In this document: piece by piece, positions 1 through 9,629 of the stretch
How the letters are laid out: each line of letters starts with the position of its first letter
How positions within the stretch are numbered: position 1 is the first letter of the stretch
Assembly: GCF_051201565.1 (NCBI RefSeq)
Contig: NZ_CP179200.1
Location: 150,001 to 182,000 of the forward strand
From: Pseudothioglobus sp. nBUS_23
GTDB taxonomy: Bacteria; Pseudomonadota; Gammaproteobacteria; PS1; Pseudothioglobaceae
DNA: 32,000 bases
Reading direction: 5' to 3'
Notes under the pieces: model-generated
What the model saw: the letters and a program-made list of their open reading frames with translations, nothing else
Told to the model about the DNA's origin: nothing
Databases searched by the model: none
Made by a program: the position numbers and the translations under genes

Positions 1-1
1 T

Positions 2-94
2 CAGGAGTTTTTTGTTGAAGCAATGAAGTTCAGTGTATCACCAGTAGAGCAACAACAAACCAAAAAAGTTAGACGCCGAAAACGAGTGTCATAA
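2..94 (+). CDS. 3' end of an unidentified upstream CDS (partial, runs off window start)
   Basis: Frame 2 is open from the window edge to TAA at 92-94 (...FSVSPVEQQQTKKVRRRKRVS*), which lies 20 nt before the next start. The 30 visible aa contain no recognisable domain. Confidence 0.25.
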   Translation, partial: QEFFVEAMKFSVSPVEQQQTKKVRRRKRVS

Positions 95-114
95 TTATAG
101 TATGGAGAATTTAA

Positions 115-1662
115 ATGGCTAGAGAAAGAAGAAGACGTAGAGGTGGATCTGAAGAAAAATCAGATTCAAATAGCATTCCTAAAGCGCCTGCATATATTAA
201 ACGAAAAATACCACACTACAGTATTCTAAGTGATGATGATCTTAGTATTATTGAAGAAAATGCAGATACCATTCTAGAAGAGATTGGCATTGTTTTTTCT
301 GAAGATCAAGAGGCACTTGATATCCTTGAAAAAGCTGGCGCAAGTGTTGATGGTATGAGAGTTAGATTTCCAAGAGGAATGTGCCGAAAACTAATTCAAG
401 ATAATGCGCCAAAGCAGTTTACTCAATATGCACGAAATCCTGAAAGAAATGTTGAGATTGGGGGTAACAATATGGTTTTAGTGCCTGCTTATGGCCCCCC
501 ATTTGTTCATGATCTCGATGAGGGTCGACGCTACGCAACAATTGAGGATTTTAGGAATTTTATTAAACTTGCTTACTTGTCAGATAATCTTCATCATTCA
601 GGTGGAACCATTTGTGAGCCAGTTGACTTACCAGTTAATAAGCGCCACTTCGATATGGTGTACAGTCACATTAAATATTCTGATAAGCCTTTCATGGGCT
701 CTGTTACTGCTGCAGAAAGAGCGCAGGATTCAGTTGATATGGTGAAAATAGTATTCGGAGATGAGTTTGTTGATAAAAACTGTGTATTGATTAATTTAAT
801 TAATGCTAGTTCCCCAATGTCGTTTGATGCAACAATGTTGGGCGCACTTAAAGTCTATGCACGAAATAATCAAGCAACAATAATAACACCATTTATTGTT
901 GCAGGAGCTATGGCTCCTACAACTGCAGTAGGTGTTGCAGCGCAAAGCCTGGCAGAAGGACTAGCAGGAATGGCATTTGCTCAGCTCATTAGACCAGGAG
1001 CGCCAGTCATTTATGGGAATTTTGTAACTGCAATGTCTATGAAATCTGGGGCGCCAACTTTTGGCACTCCTGAGGCCGCACATATGATGAATATTTCTGG
1101 AGCATTAGCGAGGCGATTGGGTGTTCCATTTCGAAGTGGGGGTGGCTTTAATGGAGCAAAGATGCCAGATGCTCAGGCAGGCTATGAAGCAGCTAACACT
1201 ATGCAAGCAACCCTGAATGCAAGTGTGAATTTTAATCTTCATACTGCTGGATGGCTTGAAGGTGGATTATGCATGAGTTATGAAAAATTTATTATGGATG
1301 CTGATCAAGCTGGGATGATGCGAGTTTCTGCTGAGGGAATTGATATGACTGAAAATGGTCAGGCAATGGAGGCAATTAGAGAAATTGGAAGTTTTTCAGA
1401 TGATGTGCCTAAGCATTATTTAGGATGTGAACACACCAAGAGAAATTTTAAGACAGCTTTTTATATGTCAGATGTTCTTGACGATAATAGTTTTGAACAG
1501 TGGGTTCAAGACGGTTCAAGAGATACAGCCTTGATTGCAAATGGGATTTATAAGAAAATGCTTTCAGACTATGAGTTGCCTCCACTAGATCCAGAAATTG
1601 ATAAGGCATTACTTGCATATATGAAGAGTAGAAAAGATAGTTTTGAGGATTCTAATGTTTAA
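115..1662 (+). CDS. MttB-superfamily methyltransferase, non-pyrrolysine type (likely quaternary-amine/glycine-betaine-type methyltransferase)
   Basis: 515-aa ORF with GGAG at 104-107 followed by ATG at 115. The Arg-rich N-terminus (MARERRRRRGG), the length and the overall sequence look like the trimethylamine methyltransferase MttB family. The ORF is uninterrupted with no in-frame TAG, so it belongs to the non-Pyl branch. Substrate cannot be read from the sequence. Confidence 0.85.
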   Translation: MARERRRRRGGSEEKSDSNSIPKAPAYIKRKIPHYSILSDDDLSIIEENADTILEEIGIVFSEDQEALDILEKAGASVDGMRVRFPRGMCRKLIQDNAPKQFTQYARNPERNVEIGGNNMVLVPAYGPPFVHDLDEGRRYATIEDFRNFIKLAYLSDNLHHSGGTICEPVDLPVNKRHFDMVYSHIKYSDKPFMGSVTAAERAQDSVDMVKIVFGDEFVDKNCVLINLINASSPMSFDATMLGALKVYARNNQATIITPFIVAGAMAPTTAVGVAAQSLAEGLAGMAFAQLIRPGAPVIYGNFVTAMSMKSGAPTFGTPEAAHMMNISGALARRLGVPFRSGGGFNGAKMPDAQAGYEAANTMQATLNASVNFNLHTAGWLEGGLCMSYEKFIMDADQAGMMRVSAEGIDMTENGQAMEAIREIGSFSDDVPKHYLGCEHTKRNFKTAFYMSDVLDDNSFEQWVQDGSRDTALIANGIYKKMLSDYELPPLDPEIDKALLAYMKSRKDSFEDSNV

Positions 1663-1852
1663 AAGGGACGAATCTCAGATTTATTAGAATTCAAGCTATT
1701 ATGAATTTAATTATTAATAGCATAAAAAATTTGTAAGATAATATCTAGACTAAAAATCTTACGTCAAAAAAGCAATTTCTTGCCACCAAAATGATTAGTG
1801 GTCATGGATTTGTTTCTTTATTTTATGCTTTACATCGCAATTGGGAGAAGAA

Positions 1853-3532
1853 ATGAGCGAGTACAAAACAGATATTGACATTGCTAGAGAAGTTTCTGGT
1901 GAACATATAAATGATATTGGAGCAAAGCTCAACATTAATAAGGAGGACCTAGTTCCCTTTGGGCATGACAAAGCTAAGATTTCATGGAGTGCAATTGATG
2001 GCGTCCAAAGTAATAAAGATGGAAAGCTTATTCTTGTTACTGCTGTCACTCCTACTCCAGCCGGAGAAGGAAAGACAACAACTTCTGTAGGACTGACTGA
2101 TGGTCTTAATAAGATTGGTAAACAAACTACGGTTTGTCTTCGCGAACCAAGTTTAGGCCCATGTTTTGGAATGAAGGGTGGTGCAGCTGGTGGAGGGTAT
2201 GCTCAGGTGATTCCAATGGAGGATATTAATCTTCATTTTACGGGCGACTTCCATGCCATTACATCAGCTCATAGTCTGCTCTCAGCGATGATTGATAATC
2301 ATATATATTGGGGAAATTCAACAAATATTGACAGTAGAAAAGTTGCGTTTCGAAGAGTTGTTGATATGAATGATCGATCTCTGAGAACTATTACTTCCTC
2401 GTTGGGAGGTTCAACAAATGGATATCCAAGAGAGGATGGCTTTGATATTACTGTTGCATCTGAGGTTATGGCTATCTTTTGTTTATCGCAAAACTTGGAA
2501 GAGCTTGAGGAGAGACTTGGAAACATTATCATTGCTTATACTAGAGAGATGACACCGGTACGAGCAAAACAAATCAATGCTCATAAGGCAATGACAGTGC
2601 TTTTAAAGGATGCTTTCAGGCCTAACCTAGTTCAAACTTTAGAGGGTAACCCTGCTTTAATTCATGGAGGCCCTTTTGCAAATATTGCACATGGCTGTAA
2701 TTCAGTTATCGCAACTAAAACAGCTCTCAAGTTATCCGATTATGTTGTAACTGAAGCTGGATTTGGAGCAGACTTGGGCGCGGAAAAATTCTTTGATATT
2801 AAATGTCGTAAGGCTGAACTTGCTCCAGATGCTGTGGTCTTAGTTGCAACTGTTAGGGCATTAAAACATCAGGGTGGGGTATCTAAAGAAGATTTAAACT
2901 CGGAAAATGTCGAGGCGCTCAAGGCTGGATGTTCAAATCTGGGTAGACATATTCGTAATCTAAGCCAGTTTGGTGTTCCCATGGTGGTTGGTATAAATAA
3001 ATTTGTATCTGACACAGAAAATGAATTCCAAGCCATCAGAGATTATTGCGAGCAGTTTAATGTTGAGGTCAGTGTTACAAGTCACTGGGAGCATGGCGGA
3101 GATGGTGCAATAGATTTAGCTGAAAAGGTGGCAAAGTTGGCAGATTCAGGCGCATCTCAATTTAAAACTTTGTATGATGATGAACTTCCACTACTAGAGA
3201 AAGTTGAAACAATAGCCAAGACACTTTATCAAGCTGATGAAGTTATGGCTGACAAGGTGGTTAGAGATAAGCTCAATTGGTTCCAGGAGAATGGGTTTGG
3301 AAATCTTCCAGTATGTATTGCCAAAACACAATATAGTTTTTCTACAGATCCACAGCTTCTTGGAGCACCAACTGGACATTCACTCTCGATTAGAGAAGTA
3401 AGATTATCTGCCGGTGCTGAGTTTGTTGTTGTGGTTTGCGGTGCGATTATGACAATGCCAGGCTTACCAAGAGTTCCAGCTGCAGATAAGATTCATCTAG
3501 ATGAAAATGGATTAGTTCAAGGGCTATTTTAA
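1853..3532 (+). CDS. fhs: Formate--tetrahydrofolate ligase (formyl-THF synthetase)
   Basis: 559 aa with the nucleotide-binding loop [12 protein letters not shown] and full-length resemblance to Fhs. I prefer ATG 1853 over the ORF-track TTG 1841 because GGGAGA (1843-1848) sits just upstream and [11 protein letters not shown] matches typical Fhs N-termini. Confidence 0.95.
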   Translation: MSEYKTDIDIAREVSGEHINDIGAKLNINKEDLVPFGHDKAKISWSAIDGVQSNKDGKLILVTAVTPTPAGEGKTTTSVGLTDGLNKIGKQTTVCLREPSLGPCFGMKGGAAGGGYAQVIPMEDINLHFTGDFHAITSAHSLLSAMIDNHIYWGNSTNIDSRKVAFRRVVDMNDRSLRTITSSLGGSTNGYPREDGFDITVASEVMAIFCLSQNLEELEERLGNIIIAYTREMTPVRAKQINAHKAMTVLLKDAFRPNLVQTLEGNPALIHGGPFANIAHGCNSVIATKTALKLSDYVVTEAGFGADLGAEKFFDIKCRKAELAPDAVVLVATVRALKHQGGVSKEDLNSENVEALKAGCSNLGRHIRNLSQFGVPMVVGINKFVSDTENEFQAIRDYCEQFNVEVSVTSHWEHGGDGAIDLAEKVAKLADSGASQFKTLYDDELPLLEKVETIAKTLYQADEVMADKVVRDKLNWFQENGFGNLPVCIAKTQYSFSTDPQLLGAPTGHSLSIREVRLSAGAEFVVVVCGAIMTMPGLPRVPAADKIHLDENGLVQGLF

Positions 3533-3535
3533 GAC

Positions 3536-4396
3536 ATGAGAACAATTGGGTCAGTTGATTATGAGATCCATAGGGTAGATGGTTCAAATCGAGAGAGTTC
3601 TAGCGATTGTATTGCAATTGAAGAGCCGCTTGAGATTATTGTAAGATATTTTAAAGATGGTGAGTGGATTATTGAGCCACTGATGGTGACGATGAGGACG
3701 CCTGGAGATGACAAAAGTTTAGTTAGTGGACTTTTATTTTCTGAAGGAATTATTCTGGATAAAACTGCAATTGATTCAATAGAGGTTAACGGACAAAATA
3801 AAGGTAAATATGATGTTGATAATTCTTTAATTGTTACTCTTACAAAGGGTAATCAATTAGATTTAAAAAACCTACAGCGACACTTTATGGTTAATTCAAG
3901 TTGTGGTGTATGCGGCAAAGGAACACTGAACGCGATTGAAATTGCTTACGAGCCAAAAATTAATCAAGAGGGTCCAATGGTGAATATTGATTTAATTAGT
4001 CAGTTGCCTGATATTTTGAAAAGTAAGCAGCAGCAATTTGCAAATACTGGCGGAGTTCATGCTAGCGCTTTAATAACAAAAGAGGGCGAAGTATTACATT
4101 TGGCAGAAGATGTTGGCAGGCATAATGCTCTTGATAAGCTTATTGGACACGTCCGTTGCAATGATATGTTGAAACCAATAGAGCAATTTGTCATGTGTTC
4201 AGGACGCCTTGGTTTTGATATCATTCAAAAAGCTGTCATGTCTAGTATCGGAATGATAGTTGGAATAGGAGCACCAACCTCTTTGGCTCTTGATTTAGCA
4301 ACAAAATTTGATATCACATTAATTGGTTTCATTAAGAAAAACAAATATAATATATACACTGGTAATTGGCGTATCAGTGAAACTTTCGGAGATTAA
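3536..4396 (+). CDS. fdhD: Formate dehydrogenase accessory sulfurtransferase FdhD
   Basis: 286 aa with the conserved cysteine loop NSSCGVCGKGT plus GGVHA and GRHNALDK motifs. The start is 3 nt after the fhs stop, and the stop abuts the next start. Confidence 0.9.
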   Translation: MRTIGSVDYEIHRVDGSNRESSSDCIAIEEPLEIIVRYFKDGEWIIEPLMVTMRTPGDDKSLVSGLLFSEGIILDKTAIDSIEVNGQNKGKYDVDNSLIVTLTKGNQLDLKNLQRHFMVNSSCGVCGKGTLNAIEIAYEPKINQEGPMVNIDLISQLPDILKSKQQQFANTGGVHASALITKEGEVLHLAEDVGRHNALDKLIGHVRCNDMLKPIEQFVMCSGRLGFDIIQKAVMSSIGMIVGIGAPTSLALDLATKFDITLIGFIKKNKYNIYTGNWRISETFGD

Positions 4397-6037
4397 ATGT
4401 CTAGAAACATTAGTTTGCTTTCAGGGAAGAAAGACGATAAAAATAGTTTATTTGGCAAAATATCTGTAAGCCCAAATGAAACCAGTGATGCTCAGCTTGC
4501 GGGTGAATACAATCTGGGCGTTTCAACTATTCATAGTACAAAAAGTTTTTATGACTTCTTAAGCGAAGATTTTAAAAATAAGAAAGCCTATGTATGCACT
4601 GGCAGTGCCTGTATGTGCAGAGGAACTCAGGAGGATGTCACTCAAAAATTAAAGAGCAAGTTCGGTCAAGATGCTGTTGGTGAGATGATTTGCTTGGGTA
4701 GATGTTATGAAAATAGTGCATTTTATTACAATGGTGAAAACTACTCCGGCGATGATATTAATCAATTGGATGAAATTATAGACGGTAAACACAAGAGTAC
4801 TTCTTATACAATGAGGTCCTTTTCTGACACCTCATTTTTAGTTGAGAATGAAGCTTTTTCAACTTTCAAAGACTTTAAAGATTTGCTTGAGACATGTTTT
4901 CAAACTGACAAAAATGATTTGATTAATACCCTTAAGGATTCGGGGCTGCGAGGAAGAGGCGGAGCTGGTTTTCCTACTGGGATGAAATGGGAGTTTTGTA
5001 GTGACCAAGATGCACCGGCAAAGTATGTAGTTTGTAATGCTGATGAGGGTGATCCCGGCGCCTATTCTGATCGATATTTGCTTGAAGAGCAAGCACTCAA
5101 GGTTCTCTTTGGTATGGTTATTTGTGGCTACATCATTGGTTCAAAGCAAGGCTTCATGTATATTCGTGGGGAGTATCCTGAGTCGATTGATATTACAAAT
5201 GAAACCCTATCCAAGTTAAGAGACTTGAATCTTTTAGGTAATAACATCTTAGGAAGTGGTTTTGATTTTGATATGAATGTTGTTGAGGGTCAAGGTGCAT
5301 ACATCTGCGGAGAGGAGACAGCTCTAATTGCTTCAATAGAAGGCCGACGGGCTGAGGTTGATGTAAGACCACCATTTCCTGTAGTGGAGGGCCTGTATAA
5401 AAAACCAACCGTGGTCAATAATGTAGAGAGTTTGGCGGCTGTTGCTTTAATTTTTAAGTATGGAAGTGATTCTTATAAGAACATAGGGAATGGACGATCC
5501 TTAGGGACTAAACTTATTTCACTTGATGGTCATTTTAATAATCCAGGCCTCTATGAAGTCGACCTAGGAACACCATTAAGCAGGATCATTGATGAGATTG
5601 GTGGGGGTTTTAACGAAGACATCAAGGCTATTCAGATTGGTGGCCCACTTGGAGGGATTGTTCCAGTTGATATTCTGAGATCATTAACTCTAGACTTTGA
5701 GGTCTTCGCTGATGCAGGTTTTTTACTAGGACATGCAAGCTTTGTTTGTATTCCTAGATCATTCTCTGCAGTAGAGTATGCAAAACATTTATTTGCATTT
5801 ACAGCGCATGAATCATGTGGAAAATGTTTCCCTTGTCGCTTAGGTTCTACTCGTGGTAAGGAAATGCTTGGTTCTGCTATAGACGACAATCAAAAATTTT
5901 CAGAAGAATTGATTTATGATCTATTAGAAACAATGGAGGTAGGTTCTTTGTGCGCTCTTGGCGGCGGTCTACCCCTTGCAATTAGAAATTTACTCGAGCA
6001 CTGTGGTGACGAGTTTAAACCTTTGATGGAGAAATAG
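4397..6037 (+). CDS. fdsB: NAD-dependent formate dehydrogenase beta subunit, fused NuoE-like + NuoF-like domains
   Basis: 546 aa. The N-terminal part carries a thioredoxin-like [2Fe-2S] pattern (CTGSAC ... CLGRC). The C-terminal part has the NuoF FMN/NADH motif GLRGRGGAGFPTGMKWEF and the 4Fe-4S motif ESCGKCFPCRLG. GGAG at 4387-4390 precedes the ATG. Confidence 0.88.
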   Translation: MSRNISLLSGKKDDKNSLFGKISVSPNETSDAQLAGEYNLGVSTIHSTKSFYDFLSEDFKNKKAYVCTGSACMCRGTQEDVTQKLKSKFGQDAVGEMICLGRCYENSAFYYNGENYSGDDINQLDEIIDGKHKSTSYTMRSFSDTSFLVENEAFSTFKDFKDLLETCFQTDKNDLINTLKDSGLRGRGGAGFPTGMKWEFCSDQDAPAKYVVCNADEGDPGAYSDRYLLEEQALKVLFGMVICGYIIGSKQGFMYIRGEYPESIDITNETLSKLRDLNLLGNNILGSGFDFDMNVVEGQGAYICGEETALIASIEGRRAEVDVRPPFPVVEGLYKKPTVVNNVESLAAVALIFKYGSDSYKNIGNGRSLGTKLISLDGHFNNPGLYEVDLGTPLSRIIDEIGGGFNEDIKAIQIGGPLGGIVPVDILRSLTLDFEVFADAGFLLGHASFVCIPRSFSAVEYAKHLFAFTAHESCGKCFPCRLGSTRGKEMLGSAIDDNQKFSEELIYDLLETMEVGSLCALGGGLPLAIRNLLEHCGDEFKPLMEK

Positions 6038-6038
6038 T

Positions 6039-8753
6039 ATGTCAGAAAACCCGCAAGGAGTATTTATTGATGATGTTGAGTTTCCTTTTGATGACTCATC
6101 TTCAATCTTAGCTTTTACGGATAAGGCGCTTGGAGATAAGATAATACCAACCCTTTGTAATGATGATAATCTAAATCCTTATGGAGCATGCAGGGTATGC
6201 TCTGTAGAGGTTCAACAATCAGAAGATGGACCAAGAAGGACAGTGGCTTCATGTCATACCCCAGTCACTCCAGGTATGCGTATCTTTACTAATTCGGAGA
6301 GCGTTAAAAAACTTCGCAAAAATATTGTTGAGCTTGTTTTGAGTGATCATCCACCAGACTGTTTAACTTGTGAGGTCAATGGAAATTGTGAACTTCAAGA
6401 TGTAGCTGCAAGTGTCGGTGTTCGTCAAATCAGATATGCAAAAGGAGCGAATCATTGTGATCGTGAAAAGGATTTGTCTCACTCTTATATGAGAATGGAC
6501 CTCTCAAAATGTATAAATTGTTCAAGGTGCGTTCGTGCGTGTGATGAGGTGCAAGGGCAATTTACACTCACAATGACTGGAAGAGGATTTGAGTCCAGAA
6601 TTACTACAGATAATGATATGTTATTTGGTGATTCTTCATGTGTATCTTGTGGGGCATGCGCACAAACATGTCCAACATCAGCAATCTCTGATGTCTTTCA
6701 ATCTAAATCGATTGAGGCTGACAAAACAGTTAGAACAACGTGCTCATATTGTGGAGTTGGATGTAACTTGGAGGTCGCTGTAAAAAGTGACGAGGTTCTT
6801 TCCATCCGCGCTCCTCAAGATGCAGTTAATGCTGGGCATACCTGTCTTAAAGGGCGTTATGCTTTTAAATTCTATAATCATGAGGATAGACTTACATCAC
6901 CACTAATCAGAAAAAATGGTGAATTAACTCCGTGTTCATGGGACGAGGCATTAGATTTTATCAAAGATAAATTTGAGTCAATAAAAACACATCATGGATC
7001 AGATGCTATTGCTGGAATTTCGTCTGCTCGATGTACAAATGAAGAAAACTACATGTTTCAGAAGATGATACGTCAACTTGTTGGAACTAATAATATTGAT
7101 TGCTGTGCCCGAGTTTGCCATTCTCCAACTGCTTGGGGAATGCAACAAAGCTTTGGGACTGGAGCAGGTACCAATTCTACTGCAGATATTCCGCTGGCTG
7201 ATCTTCTTTTGGTTATTGGTGCAAATCCAACTTCAGCACACCCTGTAACTGGAGCAAAGATTAAGCAGCAAGCAATGTCAGGAGCTACTCTCGTAGTTAT
7301 TGATCCTGTAAGGACTGAGTTAGCCCGAATGGCAGACCATCATTTGCAGCTGAAGCCAGGTACCAACGTAGCAGTTTTGAATATGATTCAATATTATATT
7401 GTTGAGGCCGGGTTAGTTGATCATCAGTTTATTCAAGATCGCTGTGAAGGTGGAGAAGAGTTTCTAGATCAAATTATGAAACTAGACGTTGATGCAATGG
7501 CAGAGATTAGTGGTCTTGATAAAGAAGACGTTAAGGCTGTCGCACTTGCATACGCTAAGGCTAATAATGCAATGGAATTTCATGGCTTGGGCGTGACTGA
7601 GCACTCTCAGGGTACAAAGACAGTGATGCTGATTTCAAATCTAGCAATGATGACTGGAAACCTCGGTAGACCAGGAGTAGGAGTTAACCCACTTCGTGGT
7701 CAGAACAACGTTCAAGGGGCAGCTGATATGGGATGTCAGCCCCATCATGGCCCAGGCTATTTGTGGATGGACCAGAAAGAAGTTCAAGATTTCTATGAGG
7801 ATAAGCTTGGACTTCCAACGCCAACAACTCCAGGCAGAAAGATTCCTGAAATGTTTGATGGCGCTATAGATGGCTCACTGAAAGCATTATGGATTTTTGC
7901 TGAGGATGTTGTTCAAACTGATCCAAATACTCATCACGTTGTTAAGGCAATGCAAAGTCTTGACTTGTTAGTTGTTCAGGAAATTTTTATGAGTGAGACT
8001 GCAAAGATGGCTGATGTGGTTCTACCTGGAACAACCTTTCTTGAGAAGAGTGGAACATTCACCAATACCGAGAGAAGGATACAGCAGGTGAATGCAGCGG
8101 TTAAACCTTTGCCAGGAACCAAAACAGATGGACAAATCATAGTTGAAATGATGCGTAAGCTTGGTTTCGATCAGCCAGACTTTGATGCGGCAGAAGTTCT
8201 TAAAGAAGTATCAAGTGTTGTTTCATTTTTTGAAGGCGTAACCTGGGAAGGTCTTGGTGCTAGTCCGATGGGACTCCAGTGGCCAGTTAACAAAAAAGGT
8301 GAGGATACTCAAATTCTCCATATTGGTGAATTTAAGAGAGGTAAAGGTAAGTTCCATTACCATGACTGGAAAGAGAGTGAAGAGCTGACTAAGCATAAGA
8401 ATGAGTACCCATTTATTCTGACTACGAGTCGCGAGCTTCAGCATTACAACTGTGCAACAATGACAAGGCGAACTTCAAATGTTCAAATCTTGACTAAGGA
8501 TGTTATTATGCTCAATCCGAAAGATGCGAAGGCAAAAGACCTTTCATCTGGTGATCGCGCTACTCTCAAGTCGGATAGAGGTGAGATAACATTAGATGTT
8601 GAGGTTACGGATCGAGTGAAGAAGGGAGTTGTAAGAACAACCTTTCACTTTCCTGAAGTATTAATCAACGAGGTTACCAGTGGAGTAACTGATGAAGAGA
8701 CTAAATGTCCTGAGTATAAGATTGTAGCTGTAGACGTATTAAAAGCTTCTTAA
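6039..8753 (+). CDS. fdsA: Formate dehydrogenase alpha (catalytic Mo/W-bisPGD) subunit, cysteine type
   Basis: 904 aa. It has a NuoG-like N-terminus (C..CRVC 2Fe-2S, HPPDCLTCEVNGNC), two ferredoxin motifs (CINCSRCVRAC, CVSCGACAQTCP) and a MopB 4Fe-4S motif (CSYCGVGC). The active-site context is ARVCHSPT, with a TGC Cys codon at 7116-7118 where Sec-type enzymes carry U. Confidence 0.92.
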   Translation: MSENPQGVFIDDVEFPFDDSSSILAFTDKALGDKIIPTLCNDDNLNPYGACRVCSVEVQQSEDGPRRTVASCHTPVTPGMRIFTNSESVKKLRKNIVELVLSDHPPDCLTCEVNGNCELQDVAASVGVRQIRYAKGANHCDREKDLSHSYMRMDLSKCINCSRCVRACDEVQGQFTLTMTGRGFESRITTDNDMLFGDSSCVSCGACAQTCPTSAISDVFQSKSIEADKTVRTTCSYCGVGCNLEVAVKSDEVLSIRAPQDAVNAGHTCLKGRYAFKFYNHEDRLTSPLIRKNGELTPCSWDEALDFIKDKFESIKTHHGSDAIAGISSARCTNEENYMFQKMIRQLVGTNNIDCCARVCHSPTAWGMQQSFGTGAGTNSTADIPLADLLLVIGANPTSAHPVTGAKIKQQAMSGATLVVIDPVRTELARMADHHLQLKPGTNVAVLNMIQYYIVEAGLVDHQFIQDRCEGGEEFLDQIMKLDVDAMAEISGLDKEDVKAVALAYAKANNAMEFHGLGVTEHSQGTKTVMLISNLAMMTGNLGRPGVGVNPLRGQNNVQGAADMGCQPHHGPGYLWMDQKEVQDFYEDKLGLPTPTTPGRKIPEMFDGAIDGSLKALWIFAEDVVQTDPNTHHVVKAMQSLDLLVVQEIFMSETAKMADVVLPGTTFLEKSGTFTNTERRIQQVNAAVKPLPGTKTDGQIIVEMMRKLGFDQPDFDAAEVLKEVSSVVSFFEGVTWEGLGASPMGLQWPVNKKGEDTQILHIGEFKRGKGKFHYHDWKESEELTKHKNEYPFILTTSRELQHYNCATMTRRTSNVQILTKDVIMLNPKDAKAKDLSSGDRATLKSDRGEITLDVEVTDRVKKGVVRTTFHFPEVLINEVTSGVTDEETKCPEYKIVAVDVLKAS

Positions 8754-8760
8754 AAGTTAT

Positions 8761-8789
8761 AGCCGGCCCAATAGTTCTTAGGGTTGGCT
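8761..8789 (+). terminator. Possible stem-loop at the end of the fhs-fdh operon (weak terminator candidate)
   Basis: AGCCGGCCC (8761-8769) pairs with GGGTTGGCT (8781-8789) over 9 bp, including 2 G-U pairs that form only in the plus-strand RNA. The loop is 11 nt. The trailing sequence CATTTATT is a poor U-tract, so this is weak. Confidence 0.3.
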
Positions 8790-8799
8790 CATTTATTGA

Positions 8800-9612
8800 C
8801 TAGTAGCGTCTTTCTAGTTTGCTTTTCTGAAGGATGCGCCCTGCAATTTCTTCAATTGAAATATGACTTGTATCAATAAATGAAATATCATTTTGGACAA
8901 ACATATCTTCTGCTCTTCGAACTTCTTTTCTGCACTGTTCTATAGAGGCATAGCCACTATTGGACCTTCTGACATCTCTTATGTTCTGAAGTCTAACAGG
9001 GTTGATAGTTAAACCATAGAGCTTGTCTTTGAATGGTTTTAAAGGGCTTGGAATCTTGATGGAATTTAAATCCTCATCGATTAGAGGATAATTTGCAGCA
9101 TAGATTCCATACTGAAGCGCTAAAAAAAGGCAAGTAGGTGTTTTTCCTGATCGAGATACCCCTGTAAGAATAATATCCGCACTGTCATAATATTTTGTTG
9201 TCAGACCATCGTCATTATTTAACGCAAAATTTATGCTATCAATTCTTCCAGAGTATGTATTTTTATTTCCTACACCATGAGAAAGACCCATTTCATGTGA
9301 AGACTTAGTTTCAAGCGTAGTCTCGAGTTGAGAAATAAAAGTATCAAAAAAATCAAACATAATTCCACTACTATCTTCAAGTAGATGGCGATATTCGCTT
9401 GAAACCTGGGTGCTAAAAATGAGAGCTGGCTGTGCATCAGCTTCTGAAGCCTCATTAATTAGGGATACTGCCGATTGTGCTTTTTTCTCTGTATCTATAA
9501 ATGCAAGATTAACCCTCTTAAATTCTATTTCAGGAAACTGTGTCAGAAGACTATTACCGAGGGCCTCTGCAGTAATACCAGTCCTATCAGAAATAAAAAA
9601 AACTGTTCTCAT
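8800..9612 (-). CDS. ppsR: PEP synthase regulatory protein (bifunctional kinase/pyrophosphorylase, DUF299)
   Basis: 270 aa with the N-terminus MRTVFFISDRTGITAE and the P-loop-like GVSRSGKTP typical of PpsR/YdiA. It lies 17 nt downstream of ppsA on the same strand. Confidence 0.9.
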   Translation of the reverse strand: MRTVFFISDRTGITAEALGNSLLTQFPEIEFKRVNLAFIDTEKKAQSAVSLINEASEADAQPALIFSTQVSSEYRHLLEDSSGIMFDFFDTFISQLETTLETKSSHEMGLSHGVGNKNTYSGRIDSINFALNNDDGLTTKYYDSADIILTGVSRSGKTPTCLFLALQYGIYAANYPLIDEDLNSIKIPSPLKPFKDKLYGLTINPVRLQNIRDVRRSNSGYASIEQCRKEVRRAEDMFVQNDISFIDTSHISIEEIAGRILQKSKLERRY

Positions 9613-9629
9613 ATCAGTCAGATTGCACT

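Noticed and set aside
115-1662. A possible in-frame amber (pyrrolysine) codon in the MttB homolog.
   Set aside because: The ORF is continuous over 515 codons with no in-frame TAG, and no pyl genes are in the window. This is a non-Pyl family member.
1663-1852. The 190-nt leader upstream of fhs might hold a folate/C1-type riboswitch. ZTP/pfl motifs are known to control fhs in other bacteria.
   Set aside because: I could not find the conserved ZTP 3' element (CCGCCTGGG-like) or any GC-rich pseudoknot-capable segment. Only AU-rich hairpins are present, for example GTAAGAT/ATCTTAC at 1733-1762, flanked by A-runs rather than a U-tract. An Rfam covariance-model scan would be decisive.
7116-7118. 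A possible selenocysteine (TGA) active site and SECIS element in the formate dehydrogenase alpha subunit.
   Set aside because: The active-site codon in the ARVCHSPT context is TGC (Cys) and the ORF is uninterrupted, so no recoding is needed.
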